Shown here in pieces: positions 1 to 14,000 of a stretch of DNA of 62,249 bases (its first letter is position 1; each line of letters begins with the position of its first letter). The position numbers and the translations under genes were made by a program. The notes beneath the pieces are model-generated. The model did no database searches. It saw nothing but the letters and a program-made list of their open reading frames with translations, and had not been told where the DNA came from. The stretch spans positions 3,138,861 to 3,201,109 of the forward strand of contig NW_019091359.1 of the NCBI RefSeq assembly GCF_001949145.1. Reading direction: 5' to 3'. This stretch comes from Acanthaster planci. Lineage: Eukaryota.

Positions 1-1808
1 TGTCCTCCAGCATTCAAGGTACCTGACACACTGCTCCATAAATTGGCTGATATTTGCCAAGCCTTCAACAGTTAGTTTACATCTGTCCTGACTCCAACAC
101 AGGCTCTTGCAGAAACAGCACCGGTTTGCATCTTACATGTACATGTGCCTATACCTGAGAGCCCCCCTTTGACTATAAATCTTGGCAGGCCCATCATGTC
201 TCTGTCCAACATAAATCCACATAAAGCACCAGGTCATGACCGGCAAGTCCTCCTCCTTGAAGCTACTTCATCAATCACTCTGCTGTTGATGCGGTTGATA
301 AATGCTTCATTAGTAACTGGTGTTCTTCCCATGGACAGTAAATTTTCCCAAATAATTACAGTATTTGAGACTGGGAGCCTACTACAGTCCCGTCTCATTA
401 ATTTCAATTAGTTGCATGGTTAGGGAGAGGGCTGTGGCAGACCACATCTACAGGGTCCAGTCCACTAATTCAAGCCCCATTGAAAACAGCGTAAAATCAG
501 CCCTGTTCAGGGCCCAATAACATGCACGCCAACATCCCTGAGATTTCTGAAACACAAATTAAATTCTCGTCTGGTCACTTATATTTCAATTTCTTTTCAA
601 TTTTTTGTGGGTTAACCAATTAAATTTTTAATTATGCCCACAATACAAAATCACCCCCCAAAAAGGGATTTTTTCCGAAGTCTGATTGCAGCCATTTTTC
701 AAGTGGCAACCCTCAACTTTCTTGGGCACTTAGGACCATTTTTCAACCGTAGTTTTTAGCCATTCTGCTCTCATATAAGCTCAAAGACCCAGGGAGTTGA
801 CCCGGCAATGATTTACACAATCTCTGGGGGCCATACAATCTCCTTTTTCAAAAGATACCGTGGGGGCACTTTTAATGCTAAATGAGCTGGCCAGAAATTC
901 TCACTTGAATTAGTGGTCTGCACCCTACAGCCACATCACAGCATGTTGCCTTGACAACCCACAGCAACATGGATTGACTGCACACAAACCATGCGTCACT
1001 CAGCTCACTAGCACAATCCACAATTGGGGAACTATCCTTGACAAGCCAAACCCCCCCAGGCATCAATGCAATTTTCCTTGACTTCAGCATGGCCTTTGAC
1101 AGCAGGTCACACCATATCCTACCCAATAAGCTTGCCTGAAATTACAACATTCAGGAATACACCTGGGTGGGCACAGATAAAGTCATTTGTCATTGGCATC
1201 CAACAACAAGTTACCTACTTGGGAAGTTTCCCTGAGTGGGCACCAATTACTTTGGGTGTCTTGGCCCCCCTCTCTTCACCTTGTTCATAGGAGACATTTC
1301 CCGCAACATAACCATGAACTGCCTGCTTTTTGCAGATGATAAGCTACTCTCTCAGCCAATCAAATCTCCCTAGGATAAGCTCTCATTTCAATCAGACCTA
1401 ACTGCAAGACCACAATGGAGTGAACTCAACTGCATGCAGTTAAATTCAACCAAAACTAAAGTCATGCACATCTCACGATCCTGGAAAACAGCTGTCCTTC
1501 CCGACTGCAAACTTTACGGCTTGTCACTTGTCTCCACTTCAATGTTTGAATATCTTGGAGTTCATACTGTTAATAACTCACCGAACTGGAATGACCACGT
1601 AAACGCCATTGTCTCTAAGGCCAATCAGACGTTAGGTTTTATTTAGCAGACTGCGGAAGGGGTATCAACCAAAGCCTTGGCAGCATTGTATCATTCACTC
1701 ATCTTGCCAATGCTCGAGTATGGATTGCCAGCATGGTGTCCATACACAGCATCAAATATGGCCAAATTGGAGAAGGTGCAAAGGAAGGCTTGTGGGATGT
1801 GTTTGTGA
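1..1808 (+). mobile_element. Degenerate non-LTR retrotransposon (CR1/L2-type LINE) reverse-transcriptase region, split by a MITE at about 452-926
   Basis: Across frameshifts and stops the + strand reads the RT motifs in canonical order: 'LSNINPHKAPGHD', 'LINASLVTGVLPMDSKFSQIITVFETG', 'YSPVSLISISC..ERAVADHIY', 'QQHGL..KPCVTQL', 'AIFLDFSMAFDS', 'LGPLLFTLFIGD', 'LLFADD', 'MQLNSTKTKVMHI', 'FEYLGV..WNDHVNAIVSKANQTLGFI', 'LYHSLILPMLEYGLPAWCPY..LEKVQRKAC'. Non-functional. Confidence 0.92.
452..926. mobile_element. Non-autonomous DNA transposon (MITE) inserted in the LINE
   Basis: 23-bp TIR with 2 mismatches: agggtccagtccactaattcaag (452-474) vs the reverse complement of cttgaattagtggtctgcaccct (904-926). 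Removing the element restores the RT frame ADHIY-SHITAC. The flanking duplication ctacag (448-453 / 925-930) allows a 2, 4 or 6 bp TSD. Confidence 0.85.
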
Positions 1809-3323
1809 TGAAATATTTGCAGTCCCCACACAGTTTCTACCTATCACATGTGTTTGATTTGTAGCATATATCTGACATTAATTACTGTGTGTTAAATGAA
1901 GCACATAACATATAATTTTTTTTTGAGTTGAGTTGATCAATTATTTTTCATTTATTTTCTAGTCAATTTGTCTATGTAAATGTTCCTGGTTATTTACCTT
2001 ACTACCGGCAGGTACACAGGTGTTTTTTATTACTTTCTCATATGTTGAATTTAACCCAATATTTTTGTAGTCATTTTATCATTAAAACTATTTTTTTCTT
2101 TTTCCTTTTAATTAATTTAGTACATTAATTTATTTTCTTGCTCCCTTTCAAGTTAAGTTTATCAGAAACCTTTATTATTTTCTCATTACCTTTATAGTCA
2201 TTTTATTATAAGTCCAATCTTGCTATTTCATGTGTGTATATGTAGTGCCTCCTCAAGTTTGGATTGACAGGCTTTTGTGGCACAGTAATTGGTTATACTT
2301 TTGTCAGTCCTGGCCAACTTGGATTGGGTTGTTTTTGTTTAGTTTGTCTACTTGTTCATGTTTCCCGTTTGTAAATGATAATTATCTTTTCAGTTTCAGA
2401 GTTGGGGCTATCTTTGATTATGATACAAATTGATTTAACCACATACAATATAAAAACATTCGACAGGTTTCAATCACAGCTGGCAATTGCATCATAAAGC
2501 CATCAAAATGTGTTTTGGCAAAACACGCATTTGTTTCTCTTAGTTTCACTGAACACTTCCTATTATTTGGATTAAAAGTTGAAGAGGTTTTTGGGTCAGT
2601 CAGGGGTGATTGCAACACCATCATCTTTGACTCATTCTTCTTGGTTGTTCACCATTAGTCACACAATCCTCTTATTCATAGCTGTTGCCCAAATGAATGA
2701 GCGTGAAATAAAATGAACTGAAAGGAGAACAGACAGAGTAGGGAGTGTTGAAGTTTACGGGGTCAAATCAAAGAAAAAGTCCTGCAAAAAGCGGAACTAA
2801 AAGTGAATTTCTGAATTCTTTCTTTCTTTATACACATATGATGATGAAATGCAGAATTATTCACACTGGTGACCTTGACATGTCCCCTACCAAGACCAAA
2901 CATGCTTCAAAATAAACAAAAGTTAGAAAGACATTAAACTTGGGGAAGTGCTTTACAAAGCTCACTAGTATAAACCATTCACTGCATTTATCATCCACAA
3001 TTTGTAAAATGTCTTGCACATTCAGTATTCCTGTTTTTGATATGCAGTATTCTTTGTAAAATTGGACGAAATAATTCTAAACTAAGAAGATGCTAGATCA
3101 AAATTTTGAAATTAATCTGGTACTTTTGAATTTCTGAAGCATTCTTTTTCCCCTTTATTATTTCATTGGAAAATATACAATTTATACGTAGATAACGGTA
3201 AAAGAAAATCTTCTGTCCAGGTGTCATTCTCATAAAATCAAAGGCTGTGTCTGAATGATTTGCCTGCTGTTTGAAATTGCAAAGAAGTCCACGGTAGCTC
3301 CTGCAGCAACTTCCAACAAGGGT

Positions 3324-4197
3324 ATGGTGATGGGATCGGGTGCAGCAGCACTCCCCTCCCCCAGGGACATGGTGATGGGANNNNNNNNNNNNNNNNNNNN
3401 NNNNNNNNNNNNNNNNNNNNNNNNNNNNNNNNNNNNNNNNNNNNNNNNNNNNNNNNNNNNNNNNNNNNNNNNNNNNNNNNNNNNNNNNNNNNNNNNNNNN
3501 NNNNNNNNNNNNNNNNNNNNNNNNNNNNNNNNNNNNNNNNNNNNNNNNNNNNNNNNNNNNNNNNNNNNNNNNNNNNNNNNNNNNNNNNNNNNNNNNNNNN
3601 NNNNNNNNNNNNNNNNNNNNNNNNNNNNNNNNNNNNNNNNNNNNNNNNNNNNNNNNNNNNNNNNNNNNNNNNNNNNNNNNNNNNNNNNNNNNNNNNNNNN
3701 NNNNNNNNNNNNNNNNNNNNNNNNNNNNNNNNNNNNNNNNNNNNNNNNNNNNNNNNNNNNNNNNNNNNNNNNNNNNNNNNNNNNNNNNNNNNNNNNNNNN
3801 NNNNNNNNNNNNNNNNNNNNNNNNNNNNNNNNNNNNNNNNNNNNNNNNNNNNNNNNNNNNNNNNNNNNNNNNNNNNNNNNNNNNNNNNNNNNNNNNNNNN
3901 NNNNNNNNNNNNNNNNNNNNNNNNNNNNNNNNNNNNNNNNNNNNNNNNNNNNNNNNNNNNNNNNNNNNNNNNNNNNNNNNNNNNNNNNNNNNNNNNNNNN
4001 NNNNNNNNNNNNNNNNNNNNNNNNNNNNNNNNNNNNNNNNNNNNNNNNNNNNNNNNNNNNNNNNNNNNNNNNNNNNNNNNNNNNNNNNNNNNNNNNNNNN
4101 NNNNNNNNNNNNNNNNNNNNNNNNNNNNNNNNNNNNNNNNNNNNNNNNNNNNNNNNNNGGTGATGGGATGGGGTGCAGCAGCACTCCCCCCTCCCCA
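3324..4197. repeat. About 45-bp GC-rich minisatellite, mostly hidden in assembly gap 3381-4158
   Basis: The unit atggtgatgggat(c/g)gggtgcagcagcactcccctcccc.. starts at 3324 and 3369 and resumes immediately after the gap (4159-4197). Confidence 0.7.
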
Positions 4198-7100
4198 ATA
4201 ATTAATTCAGCAAATAGAGCTTCAGTCAGCAAATGAATCCAAACTGAAGATTACTACATTCAAAACATATTCTTTCAACAACAAACAAAAAGATTTCATT
4301 GGCAAAGCAACACATCTTTGCTGGATGTGGACATATATATGACTTTAAGTTAGTCAAATTGCCAGTAAACCAGCTAAACAATGAAATAAATGTAGAATCT
4401 ACAAGAAAGTGGAGTGTAGGCTCAAACTGAGACCATCAGGATCAAACTGAACATCAAGTAAAGCTTTGTGCCTATGCTAAGAATTCTTTCACCATTAACA
4501 GCTGAGACATTTCATTCTGAAAAGCAGGTCAATAAATGGAACATTAATTCACCTATTGAAGCATACAGGTCAAAGGTGCGTCATGTTTGTGATGTTTGCC
4601 TCATAGGTGTGCAAATCTTATCAAACGGCATATTTATATCCAAAATCAGCTTCAAACTCCAAAGTCCGTTGACAGGCAGCCAATCAGCATTCAATGTAGC
4701 ACAGCAAGTGTTGGGTAAAACCTACGCACTTGCAAGATACCGTGTCTGTGGAATGATGGTCGTCAACAGGACATGACTGTTTCTCTGTATGTAGAATTTG
4801 AATCAAAGTGCACAAAAATGGACACTGTTTGTGAAACTGATGAGATGGTCCAACCTGGTTAAAGTAACCAGAACTGCGGTCTGAAAACTTGGTGTTGTTT
4901 CTGGAAGGACTAATATGTACGTATCTTATTTCTATTCTGGTTTGTTGTCAGCTGTTTTCCTTACCTGCTCTGGTTTTTATTGCCAAACAAGAATTGCAAA
5001 CAAAATGGAAATCCATGCACGAATACCTTGAGTTCGAGTTTCTCTCATTTTTACACATACTTGGCAAACAACGAGAGAAAACTTTCACTTTATGAAGAAA
5101 TCGGTCAATATTAAAGGATACAGGAAAAGAAAAGCATGATGCTTCTTTGAGTGCACCAACTTGCACCGTTCTGACCTGAAAAAGCTAGACTAGTCCATCC
5201 CAATACCCAAACAAGATGTATGCAGCTGAAAGTGCAGATGGTTAGAAAAGCTTGTGGCTTCCAAAGACATGAATGTAATTTTCACCAAAAGCACAATGAA
5301 TTGGACATAGCGTTATTTACATGTAGCTGCTCTGCTTGTATGAGGGTGCTAGGAAGCAATGAAAGATTTATCCACTATAAAGACAAAAAACTAAAATTAT
5401 AATTGAAAGACCTGACCCAAAACTTCCTATCCCAAACCTGCTAAACTTTTTAGACTGAACAATTTATCTTTGAGAGCACACCCCTCTGTGTACCAGGTTT
5501 ATGAATATGATGTGACCTGTGTCTTGTACAAAGCCATCTGGCCATATTAATGGTGTATGAACCACCACAATTTCTTTTAGTTTTCTGTGTATACCAAGAT
5601 GTCTGGCATACATGTACCTGCACCAAGTAGTGACTACTAGTGACTAGTGACTAGAGACCCAGGCTACCTCACATGTGACAACTACATGTAGTGGTAACAA
5701 CTTTCAACAGTGACTGCTTTCAGAAATGATTCCGTCTTGACAACACGTGCTGCCTCCAGATTCACACTGCCATATTCAGTGAACTTGCCAAAATGATCAA
5801 ATCGAACCACCTAAAGTATGTGAATCAGGAGCAGAAGCCAAGAGGCCGTCCTTCCCTTTTTAGCTGGAAAACTTTTCTAATCATCTTGACGTGTTTCTCT
5901 TGTATATTTCAGATAAGATGCAGCAATTCATCTGTGCATCTTATCATGTCTAATTCACATCCTGGAGGTCACTTGGAGCAGTAAGAACAGCAGGTTGCCC
6001 CTACCAGCAATTACAGTACCTCACCACAGGGATAACTATACAAACTGCCAGTATACGTAGATGCGACACCCAACACACACACCCAGTGGACACACCCCAC
6101 AGACACATCCAGCNNNNNNNNNNNNNNNNNNNNNNNNNNNNNNNNNNNNNNNNNNNNNNNNNNNNNNNNNNNNNNNNNNNNNNNNNNNNNNNNNNNNNNN
6201 NNNNNNNNNNNNNNNNNNNNNNNNNNNNNNNNNNNNNNNNNNNNNNNNNNNNNNNNNNNNNNNNNNNNNNNNNNNNNNNNNNNNNNNNNNNNNNNNNNNN
6301 NNNNNNNNNNNNNNNNNNNNNNNNNNNNNNNNNNNNNNNNNNNNNNNNNNNNNNNNNNNNNNNNNNNNNNNNNNNNNNNNNNNNNNNNNNNNNNNNNNNN
6401 NNNNNNNNNNNNNNNNNNNNNNNNNNNNNNNNNNNNNNNNNNNNNNNNNNNNNNNNNNNNNNNNNNNNNNNNNNNNNNNNNNNNNNNNNNNNNNNNNNNN
6501 NNNNNNNNNNNNNNNNNNNNNNNNNNNNNNNNNNNNNNNNNNNNNNNNNNNNNNNNNNNNNNNNNNNNNNNNNNNNNNNNNNNNNNNNNNNNNNNNNNNN
6601 NNNNNNNNNNNNNNNNNNNNNNNNNNNNNNNNNNNNNNNNNNNNNNNNNNNNNNNNNNNNNNNNNNNNNNNNNNNNNNNNNNNNNNNNNNNNNNNNNNNN
6701 NNNNNNNNNNNNNNNNNNNNNNNNNNNNNNNNNNNNNNNNNNATAGACTGCATACAATGCTTCAGAGATTACAGGATGCTTCCAAACTAAGGTAGGGCTC
6801 TCACGGTGTAGCCTTAATCTTCCAATCCTTGTCTTACGTTTAATAGTTACATCACTTGTACACTGCAAGCACAAGACAGAATGATCTATTCAAATATTAG
6901 GAATTGTCATTGTGATATCTTCTCAAAATATTTGGCAGAAGTACAGGGCAGAGATGTAATGCCCTGAGTGTGACAACTTGATTTGAGTGAGTCATGCACT
7001 GGCCAACATGTACACATACCAGTAAACCTGGTAAAGATACCAGGTATACTGTATATGTACAGGCCTGGATAGACAGTTTAATCAATGTCAGCAGATACGA

Positions 7101-10100
7101 TAAGTCCCAATAAGCCTTTTGTGAGTTAAATTTGAATAAAATCTGGTACACTGAGTTAACAATTTGAATCCCCAGACTAAAGACACTGTTGCTATACTTC
7201 ATGATTCGGGGCAAACTTTTGCATAGCAACCATCATCTCTGGAATGGACTGGTTCCTTTGTGCCCTTCTTATCCATTGAAAACTGTGTATTGTTGCAAGG
7301 CTTCTCTTATGTACTATTAAGCTTCCCTCGAATCATGAGGTTCAGCAACAGTGAATTTAAAGAACCAGATTTTATTCAAATTTACCTTGCAAAAGGCTTT
7401 TCTGTCTCCGTCTTTTGTGTCTGAGTGCTGAAAGTCAATGGCTCAAATCAACTCCAACATAAATTTGGCACTACTCCAACAGAAACACAGCTATTTTTTC
7501 TTGTTTAATGTTGCGGCAAAGGTCCAGAGAGTGCCAAATTTTATGCATGTCTGGTGTTCAGTTAACAAACAGAGGCTTTTAGTGTTATGACATTTAGAAA
7601 AAAGATGCAACACTTTGTGTTCCACTAGGGTTCACTAAGTGACATCGTGTTCTAACATAATTATTTCAATTATTTTAAGAACTAAAATTTTGGAAATTTT
7701 GACCAAGCACAAGTACTTGCGCAATAGGTGTGATTCACGAAAAAGGACTCTCTGAAATAACCGAATGATCCTGCCTTCCCCTTATGACAAAAACAGGGAG
7801 TTCTAGGGCTGCATTAGGAAAGTACGGACACGGTACATTGATTTAGAGCTATGTGTTCTCACTGAATGACAGAGTTGCACAATGCCCAGCTTTTTTTTCC
7901 CACGATATGGTGTGCGATTCATGAAAGCCTTCTAACAATTGTGAGCCAGCTATGGGGTTCTCTCTTCTTTGTTCTTCAGTTTGACTGTCATAGCAAAATC
8001 TACATGAAATTTCAGTCATAGATGAAAATCATGAAGTGTACATTTTCAAAAAATAGAAAATATTTTCCAAAATTCATTCTCACAAGGTGCATTTTGTCCA
8101 AAATTGATTGATTAGTATTTTTATTTAAGATGTATTTTTCCAAGTTCGTTTTTAAGAAATATAGGTTTCATGTTCATTTGTACAAGTTACCTGATTATCT
8201 TTACATTTTGATACTCAATGTTCAAAGAAGAATTTGTTTATTTAACTTCTGCCTAAGTTAAAAGGACTTCAAAAAATGACATAAATTGAATCTTGTAAAA
8301 ACAAACTTTAGGGAAAAAATCTATTTCTAAAATATATATTTTCTAAAAACTATATTTCTAAAATGTACCTTATAAAAACAAACTTGGCCCAAATATTTCT
8401 TGTAAAACAAATAAAAAAAATTATACTTCCCTTTCTCAAATGTACACTTCAAGGCTCTTGTCAGCATTTTGTATCAAACTAGAAATTAAAGTGAAGTCAT
8501 ACCTTTGGCAGTAGCACACTCCGTGTACATAGGCAGATGTCAACCCTGTTTGATACTTTTCAGCTAAAGTCAAGCTCTCAAACAATCACAATTAAGATGG
8601 TATTTTGTACCTTACTTGCTATCCTGGCATTCAGAGTGTCGTAGTACTCTATTAAACTCTAATGCACGTTTGGGCAACAAAGAGAATTAGTTCTAAAGTT
8701 TCTTGTACTCTCCACACACTATTGAAAGAGAGCTTTCAAAGGATAACTTACAAAGAACAAAATACAAATGTGCTATTGTGTTCGGGGTTCATAAGCTATA
8801 CTGGGTGACAAACTTCTTTTTTCCATTTTTTTTAAAGGGGGGGGCCAGCTTTGTTATAATTTCCCTGCACTCAGCCAGTACTTAGAAAAACAAAATTTGT
8901 AAGCCCCGCCCCCTTAAAAATTACTGTGGGGGGTATTCACCGCTTCTGTAGTGTTAACGTTGCTTAACTTCTATGCCAGACATCTAACGACCTAAAAAAG
9001 ATGTCTGACATCATCAGATGGGGATACCCCAACCTCAATCCATTGCACAATATTTGAATCTTACAGATCTTATAAAAACATAACACACAGCACACTGCTA
9101 CACATGTACATGAAGTTACCGGTAGGGACCAGTCAACAAAACAAGCGACAGCTGGTATAACTGTCACTAAGTTGTCGGGATATGAGCCCTGGAGACAAAA
9201 TGGAATCAAATTCTTCTGGCGTAGAAAAGGAAGTGACAGACATCCCTCAGGTAATAATCTTAAACCTACGTATCTACATTAATCTCATTTTTTGAAAATT
9301 GACTTGTGCAGCCCGTAACTTACCGGTAGGAAGCCCTTATCAGTAAATTAAATGTGGTTTTATTTATTTGCCAACATGCAAATGTCATAATCTTTGGCAT
9401 ACAAGCAGAATGTTTTGGCATTTTTATTGTATTCTGCTAGTGTTCCCCCAGGGTGTAGATAACAATGAGGACACCCCCCCACACACACACACACACACAC
9501 AAACCTACGGTACTTCTCATGAGCTTCAGCATTGTTGACTGTGCTGGCTGGCCAAAAAGTACTCAAGAGTACAAAATCAATTTACTGTATATTTGAATTG
9601 AATCTTCACAATTCCATTACAAGTCCATAGCATGCCACCAAGTCTCAAATCACAAGCCATTTACATGAATTATGACATACACACTGATTTGCTATTACCT
9701 TCTTAATTGTGCGCCTTATGCCAATTAGAATAGGCACATGAACATGTACAACAAGCCAAATTCAGGTTTGGAATATAAATACATACCAAAACACGTCCTA
9801 TAAAAAAGTTATTTCTGGTGTGGCATGATTGTCATAGAGAGCCGGATGAGTAAAGACCGGATCTTTTTCCCAGCAATAACTAAGTACACGGTATACCGCC
9901 AGGTCAATGGGGCACATCACCAATGGTCTGATCTACCCTTCCTCCAAGCTTCAGTCTTAGATTATAGCACATTATAAACATCTCTTATCACAGTACAAAT
10001 ACGCACTTGATGGGTATACAGAGTACTGTATAACAGCACAGTATAATCTTTGGCAGCCATATTGATTGGATTATTTTTAGTTTATTTTCATAAATAAGTC

Positions 10101-11083
10101 TTACCTTGACCCATGTACAATTTACAGAGCTCTTACTAACGTTTTAAATGAGTATTCAAGGTCTGTTAGCATCGCTATCTGCTCCACATATATTTATGGT
10201 CTTGTCCACACAATTTTGTCGCCTGGTGTTTCAAAAACTTGCTAAAGTGGTTCGTAGACTTTGTTGAATTTTTCTTGCAATGGTCTCCTGTAGCTTTTAT
10301 CACAATGCATAAAAATGGAAAATATATCTGTAGTTTGACGACAAAAGGCCTTGTCAATAGCTGTCCAACTCAATGTACATGTAGGGGTTTTTACAAGTGT
10401 TATTGCAAGCAGGTTTCCACTTCCCACATAGTCAGGTACCTGCAAATCTGAGATAGCTATCAAGAAAACCAGAATCCAGACAACCATTTTTACAACTGAT
10501 TGATTTCTCAGATAAGTGCCAGGTGTTACTGTCAGTGGAATTAAATTCAGCTGAAGATAAAAAACTGACAACTTTCTTTGGATACAAAATCAAAGAGTGA
10601 AAGTTTTTTGTTTTTGTTTTTAATTTGATACGTTCCGGTAATTAGAAACTAAAAAATATGCAATTAGCTGCAAGTACCTATAATTTTCAGTCAGGTTTTA
10701 TGTGTATGGATATAGTCGTAAATAAAAAGATGCATATCCCATGATTCCACACAATTTTTAGTGTTCAGAACAAAAGTTATGCTACCTATAACCTAAAAGT
10801 TGAGCGTTCTAAACAAGTTACATTGTGGAAAGAGATGGGTACTGAAACACTGGCATGCACAAGCAAACTCTTTCAGAAATTCTCACATGCAAATGGAGCA
10901 ACCGTTTTTCTGGTGGAATGACACAGGTGCTCACAAGTGCTGAGTTCATGGACCAAGTTGTGATTGATGAATGTCCATGTACATTGGTTTATCAACTAAC
11001 TATGAATCTTTGCTCTCTGTCAACAGACTACATATGCCCAAAGACGGAAACGGGCACCATCTCGTCGAAGGAATAAAAGAGCC

Positions 11084-14000
11084 ATGAAAGCACATTTCAA
11101 ACCTCAGTCTATAAACCACCACAGGCCCACGGTAGTCTTCATCTTGCTGACCATTTTCATGCATGAACACGTACTGGCCAAACGTGATGAGGACCAGTGT
11201 TTAACCTGTAGATACAAGGTAAGCCAGCATACATTTCCCTCAGGAATAAAATCCTTTTCTCACAAATGGACTTACATGTCAATTTGAACAGCCTAGCAAA
11301 CACCAGCCTGGTGAAAGACAGTTGAAGTTTCTTGTTTTGGAGGTGGTAGGGTCGTGAAAATGAACCATTTACTGTCCTAAGTGCAGTCCACTCATAACAA
11401 TAAATTATCCATTTCACTGGGAATAGTTGAATGGAGTACGTCTGTGTGTGTAATGTATTGATAGTTGACTTCTATTTGATCAAGTACAGTAGTTGGTTGT
11501 AACAAATTCCAACAAAAAGCAAAACCAAAGTACACGTTTTCACAAAAAAAATTTTAAAATTAAAGGGAAAACAATTTTTGGCCTGTCATACATTGTAAGG
11601 CATGAATTCAACTACCTTGTTCTTTAGTCATAACGTGTAATGTGCTTTACAATGCAATTTTGATACCAAATAATTCAATTTTGCCATTTTCATTTCACTG
11701 ATTTTCACCTCCAAAAATTCATTTTGAAAATTAAGTTTGAATATTTTCTCATCAATTGAATATCTGAATATTCGAATAATCAGCACATTACCGTGGGCAG
11801 GCTACATGTACGTCAAAGCTCTTGTCAGTGCACCAATTGAGTTCATAACAAATACAGCGTCCAGGTCAAGGCCATGTATTAAGCACCATTTTCAAGAAAT
11901 CAATGCACACTTGTAGGACACAATGTCAGGGTTGGCCTGGGATCCGATGGGGAGTGTTCAACTACCTCTGTTGAAGGCAACTGTCAAATTTTACAACTGA
12001 AGAGTGTCTGTCTACGTGTAAGCTTGGGAGAAAGGTCCATAATAGTCTTAACTTCCAGTCAAGCTGACATGGATTGAATTTTTATGTGTTTCTGTTGTAC
12101 TTTTGTTCTAAACAGACAATTGAGCAACCCCAATGTCAGTCTGAAATATTCGTAGAAAAGGTGACCACTTTTGTGAATGAAACCAACTTGTGCTGCTATC
12201 AGGAATGTAAGCCTTTGCTGCAATTTAATTATCATTTGATTTGACTTTGGGTAGAATGAGTTGAAAAATATTTATCAAAGATAACCCGAGTGCGGCGTAA
12301 TATTTCTCCTTATTTGACAACTGAATGAAACCCTTTACTGGTGTAGATGCTGTCAAGTTGTATTTTAAAAGCATACAGGCATAAACATGTATTACCAGAT
12401 TAGTTGTACGCTAGGACAAATTCAAAGCTAGAACAATGACAAAGCGTCATTCCAAAAACAATTCAATTTTCATCTTCCATTGAAAGTAAAAGAATTGTCT
12501 AGCTGCCAACTGTCTTTGCATACCATTTATACCTATTGCAACCAACACAGCAAGATTGAAAGACATCAAATTGATGACAAATCTTCTTTTCAAAACCTTT
12601 CAAACATATCATTTGAAGAAATTGGTTGCCTCTGACAATGACTTGACTTCTGGGGCAAACACTAATTCTTACCATCGTACATGTAATGGACTATACTTAC
12701 TGCTCCTTTTAATTTTTCGAATACAGTGGGAAATCAAAGGTACGCATACATAAACCAGAACTTCACTTTCAACTGCAGCGACGTCAGAAGCCTGAAAGAG
12801 TTCACAGTCAATGATATGCAGTATCTTCTTATAACAGACAGAGGGAAAAAGGGACAAGGTAAAGTGTCCTCACTTATAACAGACAGAGGGAAAAGGACAC
12901 AAGGTAAAGTGTCCTCACTAATAACAGACAGAGGGAAAAGGGCACAAGGTAAAGTGTCCTCACTTATAACAGACAGAGGGAAAAGGGCACAAGGTAAAGT
13001 GTCCTCACTTATAACAGACAGTGGGAAAAGGGGACGGGGTAAAGTGTCCTCACTTATAACAGAGGGAAAAGGGCACAAGGTAAAGTGTCCTCACTTATAA
13101 CAGACAGAGGGAAAAAGGGACAAGGTAAAGTGTCCTCACTTGTCACAGACAGAGGGAAAAGGGCACAAGGTAAAGTGTCCTCACTTATAACAGACAGAGG
13201 GAAAAGGGGACGAGGTAAAGTGTCCTCACTTATAACAGACAGACGGAAAAGGGGACAAGGTAAAGTGTCCTCACTTATAACAGACAGAGGGAAAAGGGGA
13301 CAAGGTAAAGTGTCCTCAATTGTTGCTTTCTGGCATGGAAAAAAATCATTAAAATGTTGCAAATGAACAGTCTGTTGAGGAACCTATAAACTTTACTTGG
13401 TTAAGTAATAAGTGGTGTCTTAAATTAGCATTTTCAGATAAAAAAGAAATTTAATAACTAATGTCAACCATCAGACGCCACAAACAGACTATTCCCAAAG
13501 TTTCAAGTTTGTGAAATCATTTTTAGTAATGGGTCAAGTACATATGCATCAGATTTTCCAGTAGCATGCATGACAGCAGGCAAAAAGTGTTAGGGCCATG
13601 ACTGTTGCTCAAGGAGAGGACAGAGAACACTTGAACATTTTGCAAGCATTACTCCGAGTATTAATCCATCCAGGGCGGGCATGAGAGATGAACACACAAG
13701 GATGCTCCTATGAAATTCACTGCATCCGCACATTATATTTTGCACATTCCTCACAAAAACATGCTAAGCAAATGTAACCTTGGCACGTATGTCAAATGAT
13801 ACAATTTGTATCAGTCTGTATGTTCTTTGCTGGTGCGGGGGCGGTTTAAGTCAGGATAGATTGCAAATATGTATGCAGTTATAAATGGTTACTGTAAATG
13901 GCCAGTTGCTTGGTTGATAGAAAAGATTTGTATCCGGAATCAGCATCACGGTACACAGATATCCACTTAGTTATCACTGATAACAAAGAAGGGAAGCAGG

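Noticed and set aside
12495..12700. LRR-like fragments (IDDKSSFQNLSN / LKKLVASDNDL) that would make the EAR gene an LGI orthologue
   Set aside because: The pieces are in different frames and lack strong splice sites. The gene splices cleanly from 12206 to 12727 without them.
12828..13318. CRISPR-like array, or a stand-alone repetitive protein (ORFs 12726-13100, 13085-13366 and antisense)
   Set aside because: The units are contiguous with no unique spacers, there are no cas genes, and the context is eukaryotic. The long ORFs arise simply because the 45-bp unit is stop-free.
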